From Octopus vulgaris (taxonomy: Eukaryota), in assembly GCA_951406725.2 (NCBI GenBank), contig OX597825.1, positions 26,412,001-26,476,000 on the forward strand: a DNA stretch of 64,000 nucleotides, given 5' to 3'. Position numbers and translations under genes: made by a program. The stretch's first letter is position 1, and each line of letters begins with the position of its first letter. Shown in pieces: positions 41,437-54,183 of this stretch. Under the pieces are notes generated by a model. The model was not told where the DNA came from. It did not search any database and saw only the letters and a list, made by a program, of their open reading frames with translations.

Positions 41437-42232
41437 TTTATCCTTCTTATTTTTCTTTACCCTAAATATTTCGGACTCAGTCGTTGTCTTTACATGTGGT
41501 GTTTTTTTTTTTATAATTTCAGGTGCAAACATCCACTAATTCACGAAATAACGTTGCGACTCTATGTGAATTTTGTATAGTCTTAAAAATGCTATTATAA
41601 GCAGTTAAAACTTCATATTAATAACTCAGATTTATTACTCTCTCTATAAACATTGTATAAGTAGGGAAATATATTTATTTTGTCTATATATGTACATATA
41701 TCTGTATGTATATACATACATATGTACATGTACATATATATATGTGTCTATGTGTGTTTATATATATGCATATGTGAAAATGTACATTATATATGTACAT
41801 AGGACTTTGTACCACGGAACGAAGTATGGGCAGAGGTGCAGCGTAGACATCAACAAATCCACATATTTAAAAAAAAACCCTCTTAACTCAAAATGTCTCG
41901 TCGCTTTGTTAATATAAACATGTGTTTTCACGTGCAGTGTATGCATTATGCCAATTATATACATACATTATCAAGCCACCCTTTTATCCTTCTTAGTTTT
42001 TTCTTTACCCGATATATTTCGGACTAAGCTGTTGCCTTTACATGTGTTGTAGTTTTTATAATTTCAGGAGCAAACATCTACTAATTCAAGAAATAACATT
42101 GCGAATGTATGTGAAGTTTGTATAGTCTTAAAAATACTATTATAAGCAGTTAAAACTTCATATGAATAACTCAGATTTATTGCTCTTTCTATAAACTTCG
42201 TATAAGTAGGGAAATATATCTATTTTGTCTAT
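41437..42232. repeat. ~250 bp direct repeat pair (41437-41687, 41983-42232)
   Basis: collinear, roughly 85-90 percent identical by eye. Confidence 0.9.
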
Positions 42233-42962
42233 GGAGACATATTGCCCCTAGTAACTTTATTAATATTCATATACATATTAATTTGTTCAAATTTACTTGA
42301 AATACATTGAATATACACATCTATTCTCATGTGGGTGTTCGTTACGTATACAGTTATATTTGCAAATACGTATGAGGTTTCGTAAGACATAGATTTGCAG
42401 GTTTATTTAAAACAAAAGTAATTTCCATCTTATTAATACTTATTTCACAACTTTTGAAAACTTTAAGCTGTTGGCATAAATTCTTAGAATATCAATTAAT
42501 CTAGCAATAATTCCTCAAAATAGTTTTCCATACTAACGAAAACACTATCTCTTAAAAGTCAGTCCGTCTGTTTTTCAACGTAAATACACTGTGAGTATAC
42601 TTACTAGAAATAAATATATATATTCGTATTCCCTGCTGCAAACACTTGATTGTCTAATGTCAGACTCATAAAATCTTATTCTTACGCTTTTCGTCTTTCC
42701 ATACTCCAGTCAGCAAACACACATACAAACGAAAATTACAGGCACCCACACATAGATACACATGTGAATAATATTCAGTTTCGTTGTTGATTTGGTCAAG
42801 ACTAAAGTACTCCATACTGTGAGAGTATAAGTGTCATTTAAAATACACACGGTTTAAATTTGAGCCTCTATTAGTTTTATGCCTCTGAAAACACAACGGC
42901 TATGTATACACATGTGTGCGCAGTTACATGTGTATACACAGACACATAAACACACATACATA

Positions 42963-43081
42963 TATTACGGCCATATCACGTTGAATGCAACGGCTCTCGT
43001 ATGATCACCGAAATCAAACAACGTCGAGCCTAGTTAGTACTTAGATAGATGATCACCTTGGAAGCCTAGGTACTGTAAGTA
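42963..43081 (+). pseudogene. 5S rRNA-derived sequence (pseudogene or SINE head)
   Basis: ttacggccatatcacgttgaatgca.cgg.tctcgt..gatcaccgaa.t.aa.caacgtcgagcctagttagtactt.gat..gtactgtaag matches metazoan/molluscan 5S over ~119 nt with multiple substitutions. Confidence 0.92.
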
Positions 43082-43095
43082 TCTGACATTTTGTG

Positions 43096-43565
43096 AAGGC
43101 GCATGGCTCAGTGGTTAGGAGCGTCAGGCTCACAATCATGAGGTTGTGAGTTCGATTCCCGGATCGGGTTGTGTGTAGATTTCTTGAGCAAGACATTTTA
43201 CTTCACGTTGCTACACATTACTCAGCTGTGAATTTTGTATTGTCTTAAAAATACTATTCTAAGTTGGTTGTCTTGTTCTAAAGGACATCGGAACAGGGAG
43301 CTATGCATGATTTCCATCAGTAATTAACCCCTCTGCGACAATGGGGAAGAGGGGGGTTAACGTATTCAGGATAAGGGCATCGAAATGTCGTGGCCCGGGC
43401 CTAGTTAGGATACACTGTGAACAACGAAACCATTCTGAAACAGAATTACTGAGTCATGGACTTATGTCGAACGCCCTTTTCCATAAATAAAATTGCCCGG
43501 ACTTGTGCCTCGGAGGGTCACATTCTAGGTGCAACGGCAAGGTTATTCATGGCCGAATGATGTCG
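43096..43565 (+). mobile_element. tRNA-head CORE SINE directly after the 5S, with a chimeric interior
   Basis: A-box tggctcagtggttagg, B-box gagttcgattccc, cttgagcaagacat; probable tail ttgcccggacttgtgcctcggaggg. Confidence 0.75.
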
Positions 43566-43575
43566 TTATATACAT

Positions 43576-43619
<44 letters not shown>

Positions 43620-43769
43620 CTTTCTTTCTTCCTTCTCTTATGTTTCCGACGAAGAGCTCCGCTCGAAACGTCATACCCTCCTTCTTCCCATTTTCCTGAG
43701 CGCCTAGTAATAATACTTTAATTGTTCCACGTGTTGTTGTTTTTTCTGTTCTCCCGTTTGGATTAACCT
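43620..43769 (+). mobile_element. second copy of the hammerhead-like (TA)n-associated repeat
   Basis: near-identical to 23210-23353. Confidence 0.6.
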
Positions 43770-43773
43770 TATA

Positions 43774-43890
<117 letters not shown>

Positions 43891-44306
43891 TCCTACATAT
43901 ATGTATGCATATATCGGTACAGGACGTCACCAACTGTGTAAGCAACATAAAGTACGAAAACAAACGTGTTAAATATGTAAAGAACGGGAGGCAACATAGA
44001 AAACGAGACGCGTAACTCGAAGAACGACCCATCACCTTTTGTCGGCTGCCTATCTACTCCTCATTTCGATCATTCAACAGCAGCATGAATCTGGGAAGAC
44101 AGTTGATCCCATAAATATCAAAATATATTGAATTTATTGGTAAAAAACAGAACAGTGGAGACATACAAGGAAGCCTAACGAAAACAAAAATGGAGGGTCG
44201 GTAAACAAGAGAGAGAAGGAAATAGTGAACGCTGGGATAAATATTTTCTTTGAAAAAAGAAAAGATAGAAGAGCAGGATATAGAGAAATAGAAGAAAGAG
44301 ATAGAT

Positions 44307-44513
44307 AGAAGACAGAACAATAAAACTAAACACCACAAAACATTTTGCTAACATTAAAAAACAAAAAACATGATTTATAAAATCCTGAGCATAAAAACTA
44401 AAAGACTGGAACAGGTCACTCAACAAACAGTTGAAAAGTGTCTATGGCCCATATGGGCTCACAAAAATATATCGCAAGGGGCAAAACATTTGCCACGATC
44501 GATGTAAGTTTTG
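44307..44513 (+). repeat. local ~206 bp copy of 46534-46739
   Basis: about 95 percent identical by eye. Confidence 0.92.
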
Positions 44514-45598
44514 GAACGTCGTGCAGGTCAGGTAAGGAAAAGAAAGTTGTATGATGGCCACGTGTGAGCAACGCGAGAGAGAAAGAGAAAATAGTGAAGA
44601 CTGATAGAATATGGTGAAGGGGAGAAATAGGAATTAGAGGAGGATGGGGGAAATATAGAGTAGAGACGCACCGAAAAGACTAACATAAACTTTCTTGGAA
44701 ATGGATGTGTGGAGTTGAAGTAAATTATTTATAGTATTATTTAATTGAAACCCACAAAACTATTTTCAAGTAAGTTTATATATATATGTGCATGTGTGTG
44801 TGTGTTTGTAGTTATATAATATATGAATATATCAGTTAATAGGTATGCAAGTATATATATATTATATGCGTATATATTTATGTATATATATATATATACG
44901 TAATATATATATAGAGATATATATAATAGGTAGTGTAACTATCTATTCATCTATCCATGCATCTATCCATCCATCTATATATATATAGTCAGGTATGCTG
45001 GCATTAAGTTTCATCTAAACGTAAGCATTTATAGGATATTAAGAGCTTAGCTTTCAGCTCTAAATCGGTGTGTACTTGAACATCATATGGATTATTGGCG
45101 GAAAGGTATAGAACATCGAGGACTGACTATAAAGTATGCTTTCCTATTATGCTAGATGGAAATTTATATATATTATTATTCATAGCAGCCATACGCAAAT
45201 GGCGGTGCTATCTTCATGAATTGCAAAGAAGAAAGTCAATATCTAAGGCGAGTTTTAACACAGATATTTGAATTTCAAATTGCTATAAAACTATTTAGCT
45301 TCAATAGTATTGTCAGACAGTGCAATGTAATATTATATTAAACAATTAGGAAGTTAAGTTCAAAATACAAAGACAAAAGAAAACCAATAAGTACGTCGGA
45401 AACACGGAATAATAACCATCAAAGGATTATCTTCCGAAAGAACTACAAAAAAAATATATATATATATAAAAACAAAGACGTCTCTAGATAATTCTTGTAT
45501 GGAATAATAATTATAAAATATTCACATGCGAAGAAACTCAGTTGTCTATAAATGTTCATTCATAATATATAAGTAGTGAGAAAAACACATATACACAC

Positions 45599-45647
<49 letters not shown>

Positions 45648-45689
45648 CATACATACATACACACATATATATATAGAGAGAGATAAATT

Positions 45690-45879
45690 GATAGATAGAT
45701 AGATAGCTAGATAATACATACATACATATATACATATGTAGATAGGTAGATAGATAGACATAAAGACAGAGAGACAGATAGATAGATAGACGGATAGATA
45801 GATAGATAAAGAGAGAGAGAGGAAGAGAGGGAAGCGTAAATTTATGTTTACATACCTATTTTTGTGTCTGTCTGTTTGT

Positions 45880-45976
<97 letters not shown>
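45690..45976. repeat. (GATA)n followed by (TATC)n
   Basis: directly visible. Confidence 0.9.
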
Positions 45977-46069
45977 GCTTCGCTGTTGTCATGTCGTCTC
46001 CTGTAATTCTTGAAGATTTATCTGTTTATTTAGGTATAGTTGCAAATAAGTTTTGTGAAAGGGGTGCTT

Positions 46070-47790
46070 AACAACATCTGCTTTCGCCTGGGCGAGTTTT
46101 TCGCAAGAAAATTCGCATTGTCAGGACGAATTTTCGGATTTTAAAATTGCATCTATAAAAATCTTGTTTGTGAAAAAAAAGGAAAAAACATAGCTGGCCA
46201 TTCTGAGATCAAAGGTGTCTGAGTAGCCAATTTCGACGAGAAATTTCCTTTGTTGCCATTGACAACAAGTAAAAAGAAAATATCAGTTCACTTTCACACA
46301 CACACAATTGGGAAACAATAGTAACACATATTGACGCAAGCATTATCTACGAACGAGTGGGGAGGGAAAGCAGAGAAAATGAATGTACGCCTAAGAAAAT
46401 GAATGTTGTCACCTCCACTACCACCACCAACATAAACAAACAAACTAATTTTGCTTCTGTTTTGAGGCGGAAAAAGACAACTGATCTCTTTTCCAACGCA
46501 GGAATTATTACAATTCAAAGGATTATCATGTAAAGAAGACAGAACAATAAAACTAAACACCACAAAACATTTTGCTAACATTAAAAAAAAACAACATAAT
46601 TTATAAAATCCTGAGCATAAAAACTAAAAGACTGGAACATGTCACTCAACAAACAGTTGAGAAGTGTCCATGGCCCATATGGGCTCACAAAAATATATCG
46701 CAAGAGGCAAAACATTTGCCACGATCGATGTAAGTTTTGACACAGAACACACAAAAGAACTCTCAACAAAGACACTCGAACGTGCGGAATTTATAATGAT
46801 TCTCATTTCACTCGGTCGTCGGGTGACGAAGGCAAGGATTAGAGGTGTGCCTCCTGATAGTCCTCTAGGCTGGGGTCAGCCATTTCTTATGATTTTGAAA
46901 TAGAAAAAATTATATTAGATATATTAATAAATATATTAAAAGTTGCCGTCCTGGATGAGGGGTTTTAGCTATTAATTCAAGCAAATCAAAAGACGATATA
47001 AAAATGTCCCAGATTTAATAAAATTTCTGGATGACACGACCCTACATGTGGCCGTTGAAGGCAGAAGGCCACGTTAATACATTTGTGGAAGCAAAAACCG
47101 TCTTAACATAGACTGCAAATTAGCACAAGAAGAAGAACAACCACAACAACATAACCAAAAACCCAACAGTTAACCAGCACTGTTACCCACACCGCCATCA
47201 GCGCAACAGATAAAACTGCTCTATCAGCAAATGAAACAACTCCACCAACCAAGAAACCAACCTAATTAACGCAACCAACCAACACCACCATCATCGCCAT
47301 CAAGAACAGAAGTAACATCATAACCACCACCAACAACAACTACAGGAAAATCATCAAAACCAGAAAAAAGGAAAAAAGCTAACCCATTACTGCCGACAAC
47401 CCATAAACAACATCCCAACAGCTACCAACCAGCACTAACAATAACAAATACACCAACATTAACACACAGCAACTCGACCTCAATGCCCTTCCACTCCTAT
47501 TTTCGGATTCCTCCAACATGTCGGTTGATGAAGGCGACACACAAGAATGTCAAATGGCCACAAGAGGGTGGGGAAGATAAAGGGAGAAAAGAAGAATAAC
47601 CACCCCGTCAAACAAAGCAGGGCGATATAACACTCCCGATCACAAAACTGCCACACACAACAAAAATATAAACAACGACACTACAAGCGCACAAACGCCA
47701 AGTGGCCCCGCAATATTATCGACAATTAAAACCAACAATTTGGACCTGATGCAATTGATTTTAAGTAAAACAATAACTCATACACAAGTC
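46070..47790 (+). mobile_element. decayed second family of Tx1-type ORF1 element
   Basis: KEDRTIKL..KYIARGKTFATIDVSFDT..LGRRVTKARIRGVPPD..LHVAVEGRRPR*YICGSKNRLNIDC parallels the ORF1 at 33277; T/N/Q-rich tail; boundaries uncertain. Confidence 0.7.
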
Positions 47791-47915
47791 CCACCGATGT
47801 CAACTTTGCTTTTCGTCCTTTCGGAGTCAATAAAATTAATACTAGTGAAGTACTAGGGTCTATGTAATCGATTTACCGCCTCCAAAATTGCTGCCGGTGT
47901 GCCAAAATTTAAATA
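47787..47915 (+). mobile_element. Meta-like core SINE fragment (third tail variant)
   Basis: gtcaactttgcttttcgtcctttcggagtcaataaa..aaattgctgccggtgtgccaaaattt. Confidence 0.65.
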
Positions 47916-50879
47916 TCACAACGTGACATATCGCATGCTGTTGAAAGAAAGCAAATTGTATCCTAAATCATAGAAGAAGTGTATATTATTTATTAACTAT
48001 ACCCTGACATACTTACATTTCACTAATACCTACTCTACTTCAATAGAGCTTTTCATATAATTCCTATCTAGAACCTAATCTTGCTGCATTTCATTAATAA
48101 CATTTCATATTAGTTTTTTTTTATTTGCCCTTTATATGTAATTGTGAACTGTAGTCAATCAACAACTCGGAACCATTTCTAACATATATTTTCAATGAAG
48201 CATTCGTTAGTAACTCTTTCGAAATTACCATCATCTAATTCAATATGGAGCAGGAAATATTGCAGGATTTATATTGTTATTGATAATATAGTCATCACAT
48301 GATATAAATTCCAACTAATATGTACGCCCTGCTTTCAACAAATGACTCATTTTCATATTGATATGATGCGCTGTATTTTCGCAATAATATTTAAACGTGT
48401 AGTGTTTATTGAAGCTTCCATTGCTAATTATTTTCATCTCTTGTGGAATTATATACACAACTTATTTATTTGGACCTAATGTTCATATTTTTCTCTTGTG
48501 TATATCATTATCTCTGATATAATGCGCTGCAATGTTTCGCCGTTGTAAATACTAGATGAGATGATGTGATTTATCATACATGTATGTCTGATCTAAGAGA
48601 TATTCATGCCGCTTGCTATTTTCATATTTGAAATGGTAATTCTATACCACACCGGTTATCTGAAACACAATCTCTGCGTTGCAGTTTGGTAGATTTTAGC
48701 GTTATGGCATCGTTATAAATTCTGGTGTTTATTAGGTTTAGACAATTTTAAATAGTAGAAATGATCATTTCACTTCCAGTAGCGGAAACAGATACAAACT
48801 ACACCCATGCATTTAATTTCGAGTCTTTGTCGCATTTTATCAAACCTCCACGCTGTACAGTTATGAGGAAATGTCTTCACTTTTAATCAAGTCTTTAAAG
48901 AGACGCCTATATTGAGGACGAGGATTTCGTTCATGAAACTAGTGCATGTGCAAGTGAATTATAATCAAAACTGAATGCTCGATATTCTGAGTTGAGATCT
49001 CATGTGCTTCTTCAAATCCGCAAATCATATCCCTCTGCTGGAAGGTAGTGTGTTTAGTAGAATCATGGTTTTCGAAAAATGTCTAAGTGTTGACGCAGTT
49101 ACATTCTTATCCATGCCAGTTATGAAAATGTAAGAAAGGGAGAGTCAGCATTTAACTTGAACTTTTTTTTAGGTGGATTAGACAGGGGCATCGTGAAATG
49201 AAAATGTTTAAAATAAATATACAACTTGACATCCCGTCCAACAAAATAAAAACAAAATACCGTATAAGTATAGGCGCACCAACCTAATTAGTAGATCACG
49301 AATTCTGGAACAACTATCCATACGTAATATATATCTATGAATTGTTACCATTATCATAAGCGATATTTAAATCGGGTCAGGTTCACATCTGAACGCTCTC
49401 TTTAAAACAACGGTCAATCAGAAGGTCCACATTAAGAAAATCATAATGTCTTCGACCAGGAGAACAGTTTAGCTGAGAAATCAGGTGAAAATAACACTTA
49501 GCACACCTTCAAAAACCAAAAATGGCAGGTCGTACCTGAATCGAATTTACGATTCTGATATTCCGCATAGTAGATTAAATCAAGAAAATTACCGTCGCAT
49601 ATACCGACACGAAGAACCGACACAGATAATGAAGCAAAAAGAAATATAGCGGTCGTGAAATATATCAGTTTTTCTTTTTCTGGGAGAGCAATTTCCCAAT
49701 TGATGGTGTTGATGTTGGAGGAATGTGTCTTTCGCAGCTGCACTTTAAAAAAATATATTACCTAAATTTTCCATACACTATTAAGAGACGCCATGATAAC
49801 GTCGAATGTTCGCGCTTCAAAATGCTGATATATTCATATTTTACTTAATAAAACATAGTCTAAGTGTCTGGCTACATAATTTCCATATAAAATTCGTCAG
49901 TTGATTGGCATTATGAGTCATAACCTTGTATATATTGTCGCGACGTCGTAAGTTTGTGCTGATATGCATTCACTTTCACTGCGTGCAAAAAACTTTAACA
50001 TTTAATACTAAGAAAATTTGAATGTAATTTTGTATTTTATTTCAATGGACCACCGGTTCAATTGTCGTAGGGAACAAAACGTTCTAACGTTTTGTAAGTT
50101 TCACTTAAGCCGTCGTCTGAGTGTTAAATATAATGAACATATTTGACTATCCTCCTTCATTGTTACTGATATATTTATTGTTTGTAACTTCAGTGAAAGA
50201 AATCCGAATTGGTTTTGGCTTAAACGGAAATTTTATTAGTCTGACGCCGTTTATTAACACCCTTCAAAGAACAAAATCTATTTTCAATTAATTTTCATAT
50301 ATATATAACTTGTCTCCAAGGATAACACGAATCTAAACTAAATTTGAATATGAATGTGGAAGCTTAGGAAGTTTGTTGCGTGTAGAGGTGTACGTCGCTG
50401 TCAGTACGTGACGAAGACAAAATTCCAATTTTGTCTCTCGCACAAAATACACACGCATGCACGCATACACATGTACATATAAACGTAAGCAGATATACAT
50501 AAGTTCCTCTGCATTAGCCTCGTAAATATTATATCCCTAATGTATAACTAATATATTTACACAAATACAAAGAGCCGCCTGATAATATATAGTACATTAC
50601 AAACAACAATAATTCAGGCATTTCTAACGAGTTGTAAATGTTACAACTCAGCAATATATAGTTGTAACTAGACGTAGTATACTAAATAAACAGATCAGTA
50701 AAAATAGAAAAAAAAATCACGTATCTATTTTAATACTCACACCTTTGTAATTGTATCGTCACATGTCGCTATGATCACCCAGATAATAATGTATATATAC
50801 ATTTCTGCACTTAGTACATATATTGAAATATATTTCATATAAAAAAAAAGACAGAAAAAACCCACCCCAAATCAGGGAG

Positions 50880-51712
50880 CGGAAGTGCAGAAGGGTTACT
50901 TTAGTAGATTGTTGGTAGAGTGTGGAAATGACGATGCCCTAGGAAGGACTCTTGGTCTCGAAGATAATAAGTTCGACAGCCTGTTCCGAAGAACATTCGG
51001 ACCGAAGACACTGGATAAATTGCAAAAGTTTTGGCCTGGCAGTGTTACCGAGGAGCCTTACCCGTTCGGAATAAGCTCACTAGACACGGCCACCTTGGGC
51101 CGTCGACCTCTCCAAGATGCAAACAGGGCGTGGAAACCGTCCTGCACGCTATGGTTCAGGGTCCGGGTATATCAGAAGTGTGGACTTATGCAGAACAACT
51201 GTTGTTAGATGGGAGAAGAGTACAGCTGTCGTCTGAGTCAATTCTAAAAAGTTAACCCACCGGATTTCTTTACGGAAGAAGGTAATAATTGGTTTCTCGT
51301 AGTAGTAGCAATTGCGAGAGAGGTGTTGGGGAATACGAGAATGAAAGGTATTAAGACAGACAGATTTTATTCTCCGGCCTCGCTTTGGCGAATGTTTTCA
51401 CTTTTCACCTGAAAAGGAAGGTGGGGAGTGGAAAGGAGGTGTCTGTCAGAGAGTATTCTTAAAAAAAGATGCACGCGTTTGGAATAAAAGGCCCTACGTG
51501 AGCGCGTCATAAAGATTACCAAGGTGCCGGTTGAGAAGACAGGGCTCGTGAGGTCGGAGCATACATGCCTTTTAAACCCCATTTTTTTCTTGCAGTGTAT
51601 TTTATTGGCTTTTGTATCCTATTCGATTTTTCATTTTGTCATTTAAAATTTTTATTGCTATCTGTTTGTATATGGCCCCTGTATCTGCGCCTGTAATAGG
51701 TAATTATAAAAA
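50880..51712 (+). mobile_element. Tx1-type ORF2 3' end (zf-RVT) and 3' UTR
   Basis: AWQCYRGALPVRNKLTRHG..PRCKQGVETVLHAMVQ..WTYAEQLL; T-rich UTR ending ttataaaa. Confidence 0.8.
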
Positions 51713-51720
51713 GCAACAAA

Positions 51721-51948
51721 ATGCATGGTGGGGAAATGACCAGTGAGTGGTCGGGTCGAAAATGGTTTAAACTATTTAGCAGTGAAGACCTAAGCCTTGA
51801 AAATCGTGAGTGTAGTGGACGCCCATCTGTTATTGATGACGGTAAATTAAAGACCGTTATTGAGAAAGATCCGCGTAAAACCACTCGAGAGCTGGCAAAA
51901 GAACTTAATGTTAGCCTGAAAACTGCCTGCAACAATTCGCATCAGTAG
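51721..51948 (+). pseudogene. mariner transposase N-terminal HTH fragment
   Basis: KWFKLFSSEDLSLENRECSGRPSVIDDGKLKTVIEKDPRKTTRELAKELNVS matches the mariner WFxxFxxGDxSLEDxxRSGRP..TTRELA motif. Confidence 0.85.
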
Positions 51949-52313
51949 AAATATAAGCTTTGAAATGTAAGCTCCGTTGCCGATTATTTCGACTAAAACA
52001 TTTTAATGCGATACTCCAGCTTGGCCGCATTCTAATATGCAGAGGGAGTGTATAGCTACTTGTACATTATCCTACATATATGTGTGTTTTTCCTTGAGTA
52101 TTGATTTCGATGCGACGAAAAAATACCAACGTACGCATAAAATTCTGGATAAAAGCAACCACCATAAAATGTGCTTCATGTGTCATATTATATCCTGCCC
52201 GCAAGGGACAGATGTAGGATGGGTCGAAACGATCGTTGGTTTGCATAAAGATTCTTGCAACCTCCATTTTCCTTTTACCCCATTTTATGTATTTATAATT
52301 GCATATATTATAT

Positions 52314-52455
52314 CGTGGAAGGTATTTATAAGCCATTTAAGAGACACAACAATTTTAGATTCACTTCGCTTCGAGACCGCGACCTATTCACTGATAAAAT
52401 TCCGTGCAACACGGTTATTGTGTGTTTCTTAAATGGCTTATAAACACCTTCCACG
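52314..52455. repeat. inverted repeat (~35 bp arms), unclassified palindromic element remnant
   Basis: cgtggaaggtatttataagccatttaagagacac vs gtgtttcttaaatggcttataaacaccttccacg. Confidence 0.8.
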
Positions 52456-52601
52456 CTGTAATTGTTTTCGTTGCAGCACACGATCTCAGATCAAGTCGCT
52501 TGCTATGCAAGCTTCTCTTCGTAATACATATATCATATTTATGATTTATGTGCATACACACACACGGCTATAGACAGATAACATATTTAGAACACGTCGG
52601 A

Positions 52602-52822
52602 GGGCGGCGAGGTGACAGAAACGTTAGCATGCCGAGGGAAATGCCTAGCCGTATTTCGTCTGTCGTTACGTTCCGAGTTCAAATTCCGACGAGGTCGACT
52701 TTGCCTTTCATGCTTTCGGGGTCGATAAATTAAGTACCAGTTACGCACTGGGGTCGATGTAATCGACTTAATCCGTTTGTCTGTCCCCTCTATGTTTGTC
52801 TTCTTGTGGCTAGGAAAGAAAT
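52602..52822 (+). mobile_element. young tRNA-derived SINE (tail type 2) with 19 bp TSD
   Basis: TSD atatttagaacacgtcgga at 52583-52601 and 52823-52841. Confidence 0.92.
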
Positions 52823-53512
52823 ATATTTAGAACACGTCGGAAATCAACGCAGTGTAGCTAGTCATCAAATTGAACAAACTTATATTCAAAATTCTTGTCC
52901 CATCCAAAGATGGGATCAATATCGCTCAGCTACATTTATGTGGCATTCTTGGTTAAGGCGAACGAGGTCTATGGGGCATGAGAGCCAACACAATGTGTGT
53001 TTTCCAACACCACCTTCCTCACTAAGCCGAAATTTAGTATTATAGGAAAACCTCTCTGCTTGAATCAGAATATTTATGCTATCTTGTAATAAAACACATC
53101 TGAAAAACAAAAACAAAAACAACAAACCATCATAAATTCTACTCCATAAAATACTGTATGTGCAGACAACAAGTAATTGCAATCAATAAGTTGGTGCCAC
53201 TAATACAATCAATGTCAATAAATTTATTTTTAAAGAGTGCTTTGCATTTAGTGACTCGTTATAGGAAAAATACAAAATCGGAGACATGAAACAATTATAT
53301 AAATGATTATATTTTAACGTGATTTAAAAAAAAAACGTCAGATTTTTATCTTGTTATTTCAAAAAACCCAAATTATATACAGCAATCACTTCACAACTAA
53401 CATAATGAAATAAGATAAAAATACTTAAGTCTGTTAGCAGACAGACTAATATATAATAAATAATATTAACTACGGCAAAGGAAACAAAAGCACCAACAAA
53501 CATATCTAGATA

Positions 53513-53582
<70 letters not shown>

Positions 53583-53924
53583 TTAATAATAATAATAATA
53601 AAAAAATAACTCTCTTAAAGCAAAAGAGTCGGTTTATAATGTGAGAATGTACTTACTAACAGCTTTCTTCCAGAAAAGTAAGTTCATTGAAGTATCTGTC
53701 TATTTAAATTACAGAAGCCGACGTCAAATATAATGCGTTTCGAAAGAATTTTACCAATTAATTAAAGTGAGTGTACTTGTGGTAAATAATCGAAGTACCG
53801 AGAGAGGCAATATATTATATATTTATATATATATATATATATATGTATTATGTATGTATGTATGTATATATGTACACATGTATATATGTATATATATATG
53901 AATATATGTATATATGTATATATG

Positions 53925-53958
<34 letters not shown>

Positions 53959-54136
53959 AGTGTGTGTGTGCATATGTATCTATATATATGAGTGTGCATA
54001 TACACACACATATATATATATATGTATTTGTGTATGAGGTAATAGATAGATATATTCACTACCACCCACAACACACACGCAGACATTAATATATGTGTAT
54101 GAGCGCGTATATCTCTCTCTCTCTATATATATATAT

Positions 54137-54183
<47 letters not shown>

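Noticed and set aside
42963-43081. functional 5S rRNA gene
   Set aside because: Many substitutions, including in the internal control region, and no tandem array context.
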